Assembly (NCBI GenBank): GCA_002633005.1
Contig: NMRA01000004.1
Location: 1,774,891 to 1,838,890 of the forward strand
From: Phoronis australis
Taxonomy: Eukaryota > Animalia > Phoronida
Direction of reading: 5' to 3'
Length of the DNA: 64,000 nucleotides
The notes under the pieces were generated by a model, which saw only the letters and a program-made list of their open reading frames with translations, did not search any database and had not been told where the DNA came from. This document shows, piece by piece, positions 25,240-37,600 of the stretch. The position numbers and the translations under genes are program-made. How positions within the stretch are numbered: position 1 is the first letter of the stretch; every line of letters starts with the position of its first letter.

Positions 25240-28080
25240 ATGGGAGCTCTTGTGTATTGTTGCCATTGGTCACTTTTTATGCGCCCACATATTTAAATGT
25301 GGACGCATTTTGCCGTCCATCTGTCCGGCCTCTGCCCGGCATCCTCTGCTCTATCTCCAAAACCCTTTGACATGTGTTCAAGAAATTTTTGCACATTTGT
25401 TCCTTTCATGGATGGGACAGCATGAGCGAACTTTCGGACAGATACAACTACCGATGTGCCCCCTTCTGGCAATTTTGTTTTTTTACGTTTACCTCTGTAT
25501 CTTCGAAGGTCCTCATCGGATTTTCGCAAAATATGGTGTACAGAGAGATGACGCCATTCTCCCGTTTGCGACTGGATTCGAGTTATTGTGTGCCACCTAG
25601 TGGCATTTTTGCTGTTTTAGAGTCTGTTGTTTGGTGTCCACCCCTCTGTCAACCGAACCACTCTTAAGGATAATTGTGAAAATTGGCATGTATGAAGACA
25701 AGGGCTGATGATGATTTTCCGAGGACTTCGACTCACATCTGTCAAATCTCATTACGATCCTGTAAGTGGTTTACGAGATACAGCTTCGGACGCCTGTACG
25801 CCCAGACAGAGGTGACAGCCGGCAATATTTTTCCTCATATAAATATGTGAGTGCATAGAAATGGCTCCTGGTCATTTTGTCACCGCGTCAAAATTTAACC
25901 CTAGACTTGCAAAGCACCCAGTGCTAGAAAGGAACACAGTGTGGCTTACTGACTCTTGAGTCCTTATAACATTACCTTTTCTAGTAAATGACATTCCCAT
26001 TGTCCTAAATAAAAATACACTCTCTTACAATTTTAAAGACTACGAATATTCTTGAAAATGGATTCCACACAACATGTAGTTTAGTTTTGTGAATCACCAA
26101 AGATAAAGAAAGTGTAGCTAGTATGCCCAACAGTGATGAAAACTGGCCAGAGATCAAAAACCAACTCTTGTGTTTATGAAATGGCCTTTACCGAATTTTC
26201 GTTTTTGACCATATTTAGCCGGTTTTTTGCTCTTCGGGTAATTTTTTTATCTTAAGATTTACGGGTAAGTCATTTTCCAGAAAATAGGCCCCAAACTTAC
26301 GGCAAAATGGGCCCCTTGCCAGAAGTGACGGCACCCACGTTTGGTAGCGCCCTCCTGTGCCCCGAAAGGCAACTAAGAAATCGGAGCACCATTAGCATAA
26401 CCAGCAGTACTAATAACATTGCATACTAAACAATCAGATTTCGAACTACTGTGATGCACGGGCGGCACAGCACTGAAAAATGGGGGCTACAGGCCCCCCA
26501 GCCCCTTATGGTGCCGCCCATGTGTTGTAAAATTTTGACAACCATGTTTAACGCAATGTCAAATTGTCCTAAATACTACTCTCTTACAATTTAAAGACTA
26601 CAAATGTTCTTAAAATTGGATTCCACACAACCTGTAGTTTAGTTTTGTGAATCCCAAACAATGAAGAAAGCGTATTTAGTATGATCAGCTGTGATGAAAA
26701 CTGGCCCGGAGAGATCATAGGTGAGGACACCTTTCAATTTTCGGCCGGCTTTGACCAATGAGCTACATATTTATCTCATTGGCTTTAGCGATGCTGCGCC
26801 ATCTAGTGGCCATTTTTTTAAATTTTCGAGTTTTTTAGCGTCTGCCTTTCTATCTACCAAATCACTTACTAAAGAATCATGAAAATTGGCCGCTGTGTTC
26901 CTAATGAGGAGACCACGGCTGACGTTGATTTTCGGACGCCGGGTATCACTACTCTGGCGCCCCCCATATTCAAGTTGATTTTGTTTTTTGTGTCCCTGGC
27001 GGTATCTCCTTAACCTTTAGCAAGAACTTTTTGATATTTGGCAGATGTATTTCTACAGAGCTGACAACAGATGACGAAGAGTTTCAGAACAATCTGAGGA
27101 TTGGTGTGCCCCCCCGTGGCAACTTCATTTTATTTCATTTTGCGCTATATCTTCGGAGTTCATAAATGTATTTTCATGAAATGTGGCAAATATAGGCTTA
27201 TATTAATGAGACGACAACGCCTTCATATTTTCGGACAAATTTGGTGTTTTCTGCGCCACCTGGTGGCCATATTGTGTTCCTTTTCTAGCGTCTGCCTCCC
27301 TGTCTGCCATATCGCTGAAAGGATCATACGGAAAATTTACAGATGTATTCTTATGAGAAGGCCACATTTCTGTGCCACCCCCTAGTGACGATTTTTTTTG
27401 TGCACTGAGCTGCGGTCGAATCTCGATCCTTTTAAAACCCTTTGAAGGAGCTTTTTGAAATTTGAAGAAGATGTGCTCCAGTGCAGCCGAGGACGACGAA
27501 TAATAAAGTGTCGAAGTGATCCAAATGCCACTGTGCCCCTCGCTTGCCTCTGTATCTTCGTAGTTCAGTAATGTATTTTCATAAAATTCGGTAAATACTA
27601 GGTTTCAATTAAGGATATGAAGACGCCTTCCCATTTTCAGGCATATTTGATGTTTTCTACACCACCTGGTTCCCATTTAAACATTTTTACGTATGGTTTT
27701 GACGTCTGCCTCTCTCTCTGCCAATGCACTCAAAAAGGATCATTATGAAACTTGACTGTTGTGTTTCTGGTGCTAAAGACACTGGCTGACGTTGATTTTT
27801 TGGATGGTTTTAATATTCTGGCGCCTCCTAGGGGCAATTTTGCTTATTTGCGTCTACAGCTGTATCTCTACACCATAGACATCTTAAAATATTTTTGTGA
27901 TGTCTGTGGTCCACCTTTTGAAAGACAAATGCGACATTTGGCACTAGATGGGCTGCTATAGAGATGGCTTCAGATGACCACCAGTTTCAGACCTTAGTGG
28001 CTATTTTTATGATTTTGAGTTCGTTTTTAGCGTTTGCCTCTTTGTCCGCCAAACTGCTAAGAGGGTCATTATGAATCATA
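25240..28080. repeat. Degenerate modular repeat (HINE/pearl-like) with recurring GCGCCAYCTAGTGGC cores
   Basis: Recurring blocks CGTCTGCCTYYCT.TC..CCA, ATCAT..GAAAATTG and YGCCACCTAGTGGC at 25591, 26796, 27253, 27373 and 27821. The family assignment is an inference. Confidence 0.55.
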
Positions 28081-31000
28081 GCAGGGACCTTGGCTGCAGC
28101 TCCTGACTCCTTTGCATGATGTTTGTGAACTTTTACAGGTGCTTTCGGAGGCCTACACAATTTCAACAGAAAGGCATAGGGAATTCTCACATCTAAAGTA
28201 CAGCTTGTCCACTAGAGAGCCCATATAACTCGATTATATAATCATCATGTCCAGAGCACTCCTTTTGTTACATTGGAAACTCGTTGCATGCTGTTCTATA
28301 ATTCGGCAGTCATCATCGACGCAATTTTGGCCTTAAGCCGAGGTAGCCTCTGAGCGAGCGTCCCCAACATGTTGATATATACTTGCAGTGTATGAATTCT
28401 ATCACATACCTGTGATTTAACCAGATGCATAAGGTATTGACACATCTTAAATGTCAAATAGCTCTCATTGATATGCTGCGTAATAGTACTTCGTTCATTT
28501 ATTGAAAGCACTGTGCTTTACCTGGGATTCACCAAAGACCGCAGCCTTGAGAGGAAGACACGGTGAGTTGTTCTCCGCGGATCGTGGTTGGGTTACTGGA
28601 AATTTACCCTTGAACACCTTAGTGAGTCAGTGTTCAGGCGGAGATACCTGCAACACGAACCTCGTCAAATACTCTCCGTAGAACGTGATCTTGGAGACTT
28701 TTTAGGTGAAAAGGTAACCAAATTTCTTGGATACCACAACTCCATAGCAGGGCCAACGGGCGCACTAAAACACAATTTCTCCTGATTTTGTCTTGAATAT
28801 TATGCATTGCATTCAGAATCTAATACGATCACAACACAGAGCAGTTAGTCAAAACAACAATTTAACGATATGAAGTTCCAGCATATTGCGAAAATGCAGC
28901 GGGATCAGGTAGCCGTTCAGACCAATCGTGCATGTTTAAATGCTGGCTCACAATAGGCGAATGGATTCGACTAACGTTACCCCAAATTTACTAAAACTGG
29001 TCCATAGATTTGAGGTCAACTAAAATGATCGCTGCCACATCCCGATGCTCGGGAATGTCCTTCTGGCATGTTCGCTGGGTGTGATCAAAGGAGCCATGAA
29101 AATAGCACCATTCAAAATTTGAGCTTAGTGAGTTTTTCATAACAGTCAGAGCTGAAAATCATAAGTTGTTATTTGCGACGCTTGAACTATTTAAAGCCTT
29201 GCAAACACATAACACATACCACAGTGTTTTTGTGAAACCGTCTGCAAACACAGACTTGCCCTAGAGCAACTTGCACTTGTTCGAGGGTAAGTCTGCGTTA
29301 AAGGACGGGACTATTGATAAGGTGGAGTTACGTCGCAAAAATATCTTGTCACAAGTGGGGTAAGTTGCACTAGTTCAAATAGGGTCCAGACAGCTCCCAA
29401 ACTCAGCGACAACTTGTCCTAGGATAAATCTGTGTGTGGAAGGCATGTGGCCCATTTTACCCCGATTTTAAAATGAAAACTCTAAATAGAGGCTCTCGCC
29501 TCTTTGCTATCCAACAAAATTTTACTTCAGAATATTTTAAGGTTGCTGACAAGGTGATCCAATCTCACCTTATCTCTTATTATGTGTAACCGTATGCATT
29601 ATGGCATAATGTCAGTAATGGTGCGTCAGTATAGGGTTAGCGTTGCTATTGGTGTTGTAGACAGACCTCATAAACTTAACTGTTGATGAAGCATGCCCCG
29701 AGAAATATCTGAATTGGAGGAAAATACATTTTACCACTCTCGGTATTAAATTTAGCATTGAGCTGCCTGAAATGATAACCTTTAAATTATGAGGACAAAA
29801 TCAAATAAATTCAAGGCAGTCCCAGTTTGTGGTCCAAAAAACTTCACTAGGCAAAATAATAGTAACCGAGTCATTTATTCTCTCAAAATTTGTTCACCTA
29901 TTTGTTGCGTTACCGTCTTCACCATACGAGATGAAAAAAAATCGAAAAAATATTTTCCAATTTTGGGTAGGATGGTAAAATGGATGAAATGGGTTGAAAC
30001 ACTAGTTCAAAACTTGCTCTCAGAGGTTGCAAGTTGATATAGGTTAACTCATTTATTGTTACACCACTAAAAGTTTCTTGGTTTCGCAAGATAACCCTAT
30101 TTCGTTATGACTTGTGGTTGATTGTTTTGTCTCAAAATGCTTATTTCGTAGTTCTGGTCTAAGAAAGTAGCTAGCATGTTTTGTAATATGAATTTTGAGG
30201 TAAATTTCCTGTCTGCAAAGAGAATATAATTCTGTACGAGCCACTGTGGTCTCTAACATTCGCCTTGGTAGTAATGTATTCTAGACTAATGAGTCTTTGT
30301 GTGCTAAACATGGGTTTTGCCTACACCATTCACCGAAGTTTGGAGCTTAAGAAACATTTTTGATTCCTTTAAAGACGTTTTACAGAGTTTTCGGCTTTTA
30401 TCTAATATCGTCCTAAAATGTATTTCCGATTCTTCAATATGTATTTGAAACAAGGTGGGAATTGCTGCTTAATTACCAGCTGACTATGACTGGTGGAAGA
30501 ATGTCCAGAAATAGATTCAAACCCGTTTGTCACACAGACCTTTTATGTAAAACTGAAATCATGTAATCCCAAAGGTGTACCTTTTGTGGAAAAGACCCAG
30601 ATTATATAACCCATCTATTCTGGTCTTGTGAATTTGTACGAACCTTTTGCCGTTGTTTCAATGAATAAATACGAAAATGAATTTATCCAATTCCTCTTGT
30701 GAGCAAGTTTTCAGAGTAATATCTGATGAATTTACTATTAATTTTCGGTAAAGATCACCGGAGATTAATGAATCTTAGCCCTGTGTAGAATACTTAAAAA
30801 ACATTCTTTGCGCTTCATTTTTGTCATGAAACGGATATTTTTCATACCATTTTATTCGAAACCCAAATAATGTTTTTTGAACATCATATGACATCGAATT
30901 CAAAATAATCTCAATTTTAATTTTAATGTTTAGCTTACTTTTTATTATTGGTCTGGTGAAAAATATGGCTGGCGAAGTGTCAATCGAAATTCTGTTGCTG

Positions 31001-31656
31001 TGGAAAAGATGTGTTATCCAATGGTCATATTCTTGATCTTGGAATCAGTTCCCCTTAATCTCAGGATCGCATTTTCACACCTTCATTTGTCGTGACCTGT
31101 CAGCCCACAGCTATAGTTCTCTTCAGGCACATAGTCAGGTACAGCTACAGTTCTCTTCAGACACATAGCCAGGCTCCCAGATATCCGTCTGCGCTGGCCT
31201 TTAGCTTCATCTTTACTCTCCGCGAAATTTTGTTGAAACGTAGTCAAGTTCGGATGGTCCCTATGGTTTACCTCTCACCTATGGCGNNNNNNNNNNNNNN
31301 NNNNNNNNNNAAAAGTTTGGCGAAGTTTGGTTTGTGCTCCCTCGAGTGTGTAGTTTAATCCAGTGCGCAGCAATGGAATGACCGACCACAAGTACAACCA
31401 AAGGAAAACACTTCGTGTGCGTTATGTAGAGGTTATGGTACACGGTTCTACGTGTGGGATAGATCAATACAAGTTCTCAGTCGTTAAATCCCTTATTTAC
31501 ACTGACCACTCGTGTCATTTGGAAGAATTTCACCGTCGCGGTGCTCACATTGATAGCCAATCACTGATGTCAAAATCTAATTGGGTCGTAATCCTGAATC
31601 AGCCTCCGTGTTTGACGGCTTTATTCTGCTACAGGTTGTTAATTTCGTTACGAAGC

Positions 31657-34600
31657 ATGGATGACATAATTGGGACATGGGAGTTTGTAAGCGCCGTAAA
31701 CGAAGATCAGGTAGCCAAAGTTCTTGGTAAGGTTTCTATTGATGGTTTGCAACTACAATGCATCGTAAATAATGCGATGATTAAATAAAAATAGTTTAAT
31801 CATCTACTGTACTTGCCTTGTGTAATTGCATTAAAATATTTTTTTTTTGAAATTTTAATAACCTTTAAGGTTATGTAAGATCTTATAAACAATTCTGTGT
31901 ATTTAGCCAAATCTCTAAAATCTGCAGACTTGAATTGAATAAAAGTACAAAGCTTGTAGAAAGTTACTTTTGGCGTTTGTCAATCTGCTATTACTTGGAT
32001 CACATGACCATGTGTTTTTAGTAAATTTTGCAAAAAATTAAGATACATTCAAAGCTAAACAACATGACGATTAGTGAGACCAACTGTTGTTTGAAATAAA
32101 TTTTCAAGACGAAATCTCAAAATGTTATAGTTTTCTATATTATTTCGTTTTCGTTTATGCAACTTTTGAGTTTCAACACAAACTCATAAAAATACAATCT
32201 TTATGGCCCTTTATGTAAGAGTGGCCATTTAAAGAAAAACAATCCCTTATAGAGAACAGTGTATAAAGCCCGGTATATGATAATTTTATTTGAATGCAAT
32301 CAACTAGTTCTGAGATATGATGTTCCAAAGTTAATTTTTCTAGTGTCCAGCATAACTTTAAAGCGGCCATCAACCCATTTTTGGTCGTCAAAAATAATAA
32401 CTTTTATTTAAGATCACTTTCCGATGTAATTTTGGTCTCCACTTTTTTACTAAGATGACGAATTATTTTCGACCTATAGAAGTACTTAGTAGGTCAATAG
32501 TGCTTGAGACCTTAGGTTTCAAAGTGAGTTGAGGAATAGTTGAATTCACAATACCCTCTTGCTGTGCCAAGCTGAGCTTGCCCCAACCTTCCTATGTTCG
32601 CTCTGTACTACTTATGGATGCGAGTCACCTACATTTATGGCTTGTTGACCGTCCTTTTATAGCCGTTTACGTGAACTATTTTACATCAGAAAATACTCTT
32701 TATCTTAGTGCAGTGCAGTGTCAGGAGTGTACTGACACTGTTTTTAGTTTTATTGTTTTGTTCTAATTGTTCTGCTTGTGTTCTAGCACATAGTTATTGA
32801 TTGGCATGACCCCTGAGGTCAGAACAGTGGTGATGTACTTTGTTTACCATAGAATAGCGTGGAACATTCTAGAAGATTCTAGCATGCAAGTGGTTAATGT
32901 AATCTGGAACATTGTAGAGCGTAGCATATGTTTGTAGAATGATTAGGTAGATTCCGGAAAGTTCTAGAATGTGTTTGAATTAGTGAAAAGTTCTAGAACA
33001 TTGCATTAGTTTATAAATACCCAAACACGGGTTTGTGACAATCAGCTGAAAGTCAGTTAAAGTTAGTTACAAGAAAGTTACAACTGAGTTGCACTGAAGA
33101 GAATCAGCAGTTACAGCAATAGTCATAAGAAAGCCAGCTATAGAGACAGCAGGTTATTGAATCAACGAATGTAACAGTTGATGGAATTGTCTAAGAATTT
33201 CATCAGAAGTCAAGACTTCGCAGCACTGCCTGGGGCCTAGAACAGACATTACGTCGGACGTTTTGTTTGAGTAGGCTTGTGAACGTACAGTCGAGATTAA
33301 AGGCGAAGGCAACCTGTTTTTCATGTCACTGTTAGCAAAAATAAGGTTCGTTGATTATCCCAGACACATTTTTCACTTAATTACATCTTTTCGTAATTTG
33401 ATGAATTTCTCGTCCTCTACTCCGGAAGTGACGTTTTTGGAGGCAAGAGTTTCGCGCCAATTTCTTTTCATTATAGTCTGATTGTGAGAGCTGTTGAGCC
33501 AGTCATTGTTCTACCTCGGTTGTGTTAAGTTCGGTCGTCGTTTGCTGTTGTTTACAAGTCAGTCAACATGCCACGCTGTTGCTGCGTGCCGGGATGTACT
33601 CATTATCGTCTCTCACGCGCTTTGGGTACCTTGCGTCGCTTTCCGAAGGATGACACACTTCGCCGTACTTGGCTAGCTCGTTCATGTGAAGAACGCAGCG
33701 TTAACCGTCCACGCAAAGTACGAAGCAGTGGAGGGTTACCGAGTGTGTGGCAAGCATTTTCTGCCGTCAGATTACGACAGAGATATGTACGCTGAATTGA
33801 TGAAGGTCCCTGCGAAACAACGCCTGAAGAAGGGTACCATACCGAAGTTGTTGATTCCCGGCAGTGCCCCGTCGCCAACCCCGAGAAGTGCGTTTTTGAA
33901 GCGAGAAGCCTCGCGAGGTGTGGCCACTATATAAAGTGACTGGAGGCACTTCATTTACTGTCACCGTGCCTCCGAACGTACCCCATTGCGTGCACTTCCG
34001 GGAACTAGCAGTGATTCGCCTTGTGCTGTTGTCTCTAGCCCAGAGCCAGTAAGCAGCCCTGCAGCGATTTTGAGTAGTGAGAGTGAATACAGGCCCAGTT
34101 CGACACCCACAGGACAGTTCGTCATCCAATGAACAGATCGGTGAGCCTAAGTTTTTATAAGCTTATTGTCGACTTTTATTGGAGCTATTTAGAAGGTGCC
34201 AGGTGAGTGGCGAGGGAGTCACACGGCGGGATTTAAGCAGTTTGGGGGCTCAGATCACCGTCCAGTGGGAGTGTGTCGCTGGACACTCGGGCAAGTGGTA
34301 CAGTTCTTCCTTTGTACGTGAGACGATAATGAGTACACCCCAGTACGCAGCAACAGCGTGGCATGTTGACTGACTTGTAAGCAAAAGCAAACGAAGACCG
34401 AACTTATCACAACCGAGGTAGAACAATGACTGACTTGACTGCTCTCACAGTCAGACTATATGAAAAGAAATTTGCGAGAAATTCTTGCCTCCCAAAACAT
34501 CACTTCCGGAATAGACGACGAGTAATAAATTAGATTACTAAGAGCATTAAATAAGTGAAAAATATGTCTGGGATAATCAACGAACCTTATTTTTGCTAAA

Positions 34601-37600
34601 AATGACATGAAAAAAAGGTTGCCTTCGCCTTTAATAAAGCGAATAACTCGAACCAGTCTTCAGTCGATCGTCCCACTGAAAGTTAGCACCGGTCGGTAAC
34701 CTCCTGCGCCCACCCACACACGGGGTAAAACGTAACATGCAGCATGAGACCAATCTTAACATTTCACCCGTACAAGTCTACAATAGTTTTTTATTTTCTT
34801 TTACATTCTAACAATTACTGAAGTTTTAGGTATGCATATTATTTCTTATCACTCTGAGCGTATCCTCGATCCACACAACGATTGCCGTTATCAAATTTGA
34901 TTTTTTTTCTTGATTTCTTTTCACAAATCTGGTTTGACTGCTAAGCGATATAAGCAGACCCAGAGTGCTCTGACGGGACGAGGAAGTCCCTAATAATAAT
35001 AAGACTTGAGCCTGCTATGAATAGTCCCTCCATGTAACATTTGCGCTTAAATATCCCCTCTGTTGCTTCTACACAGGCATTTCTGAGAAACTCCAAGAGA
35101 AGATAAAGAACTCGCCTCGCCCGTCGCTTACTTACAAAAGACAAGGGCCAGACCAATGGTCTTGCATCACCGACTGTAAGGGCACGGGGAACATGATAAC
35201 CTCTTTCCAACTCGGTCTACAGTTTGTACAACCAACTTTCACCGGAAATACACAGGTGAAACTCTATGCTCGCTTCCATTGAATTACCGCTTCACCGAGC
35301 GCAGTGTGCTTTTAACATTTAACCAACGCAAGGCAGAACTGGCGCGCAGAGTCCATTATTGTCACGCCGTGACAATAATCTTTCTAGTTTTTAAAATGTT
35401 CCAATTTTTGTTTGAGGGACTATCAAAGAATAAGACTTGTAAAAATTTAAAGTTGAAAAGAACGAAACGACAGGATAATCTAGAAAATTGAAATAGCGTT
35501 TTTTTGAAATTTCTTTTTTGAATATTTATATGAAACGATTTTTGATTATTTTAATGATACCGTGGTTTTATTATCAACGTACCTTTCTTTTCTGGAAAAT
35601 TTTACTACAAAGACAGATAAATAAAAGTCAAAATCGAATTCTACAGACTTTCTAATTTCAACAATTTACTGAGATATAATCTACAATACACAGACTTTCT
35701 GATAAGATCCTACGTAACACTTGTTAATTAAACAACAAGCTCTTACATTCGACACTGCAAGTTACTTATGTTGTTCTGTTCGACAAAATCGAGCAAAACA
35801 TTCAATAACCATGCAGGCTGACATCATCAAAAGTTTTCAGCAGTCAATTTTCGGCTGCTGATGACATGACTGCGATGGCCCAAAGATGACATCGCATGTT
35901 TCTTTTTTAATTATCTTAGCATCTCGAGACCCCGAATTAATTATATCAGGATCTCCAGATCCTGACTTAATTATATTTGGATCTCCATTCTAACAACACA
36001 CTCTGTTCTCAAACGCCCACCGGTCTCAACTAATAAATCGTGGTTTCCACGACGAATACTCGAAGTAATGTGGATAAAAACACGTTGCAAACTCAATTGA
36101 ATGCATGGTTAGGGGCGCCGAGAGTGGGTGGACAGGAGGGCCCACAACCCCGGGCCCGTGACAGTTAAGGGGGCCCGTCGGTGATGGAAAAGAAACAAAA
36201 AATACGGTACAACCAGTTGACCTCAGTTGGAAAAGGATAACTCAGAAACCCACGAGGGCCCTCAAGATTTGACGGAAATAGTTTAAAAATTGCTACATAC
36301 ATGTATGTAACTGTCGACAACTGGTAAAAGAAGAGACAATGTAGATCACGTGACTAATTTGTGCAACTGCATATAATATGGGCTGCAGGCATTTTACATC
36401 AGAAAATAAATGTTCTAAAGGTAAACAAATGTTTCAGCGGCATCCTTGCCGAAAAATAGCTGAGTACCACCCGAGCAAAATCGCAGTGTTAAAGTTGGCG
36501 GTTCTTACTTATACTGTACTCCAAAAATATTTTCCGCAAATGCACCTTTTCAATCGTACTCCTTAAAGCCTCATATTTCTGAGCCATTACATTGTGCTGG
36601 GCATATCGCTTTATCAAATAATTCAAATAGTAACTGCACCGCATTTTACGTAATAAGATAGATGACTCAACTTTCAACGTTTGTAACAACATGGCTTAGT
36701 GGTGAAACGAGAAACTGTGCGAATTATTCTTTCTGCTGCCGAAACAAATTCTGTGGTAATGCGACGCACCTGAAGACTACGTACAGCGACACACCGAGGA
36801 AAATTATCTCGTAATCTCAAGATCCTGAGACAATTAAGTCAGGATCTCGAGATCCCGAGATAATTAAAAAGAAACGTGCGATGCCCTCTTTGGGTCACCG
36901 TACATGATCATTATTTCTTTCCTTTTGTTAATACCAATGTGTTGTGATCAGAATGTTCAAGTAATTGAAATAAATTCCGATCGATATCTGTTATTTTGAA
37001 ATATTCTTCCTTGATTGTATGATCTCAGTGCTCACTGTTCAGAAAGGCAAGTTAGTTCGTTTTTCCGGCACATATTGCGCAAGTTACACTATGAGTGAAA
37101 TATAACTCGGATTAAAGATCAAACCATTTCTGGATACTCACTGTAATATATCAAGTACATCACCTGGATGAATTTTATTTTTCATCATCTAACTTGGTGA
37201 GTTGAACACTCGCAAATTTTTCGCAACAAGTATTAACATAAACAGTGAATGAAGTGTTAGTACCGATGATTTCCAAAAACAGGAATCGTCGAGATTGATG
37301 TTAACACAAAAAACTAATTTTCCTTATTAAATAATGTAACTAATGACGCATTACTCGGTTACTCAACTAAGTGAAACCAACACGTCTTTGACAGGTGACG
37401 ATTGACTTTATAGACGGTCATTGGACAGAAGAACATATACAACCCAATGGCAACGTGGTTCATATTGTAAAGACCATCAATGGCAAGGACTGTGAACAGG
37501 TACAATCAATCATCCCAGTGTATCGAGATTGTGAACAGGTGTAAGGAGCAATAGAGTGCACACCGAGGGTATTTGGTTATATTTTTGACGGTATGCAGAA

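Larger units (their letters stand above)
32719..34737 (+). mobile_element. Solo LTR (~685 bp without the nested insert) with a 5-bp TSD
   Basis: TGCAG|TGTCA ... TAACA|TGCAG. TATAAA is at 33012-33017 and AATAAA at 34633-34638, about 100 bp from the 3' end. Confidence 0.85.

Noticed and set aside
28588-28785. GYWKF motif suggesting a Tx1/L1 LINE fragment
   Set aside because: It is a single short motif with no adjoining endonuclease or RT motifs recognised.
32805-32840. GMTPEVRTVVM as a candidate FABP-A exon 2
   Set aside because: It lies inside the solo LTR and has no suitable acceptor. The true exon 2 is 35077-35255.
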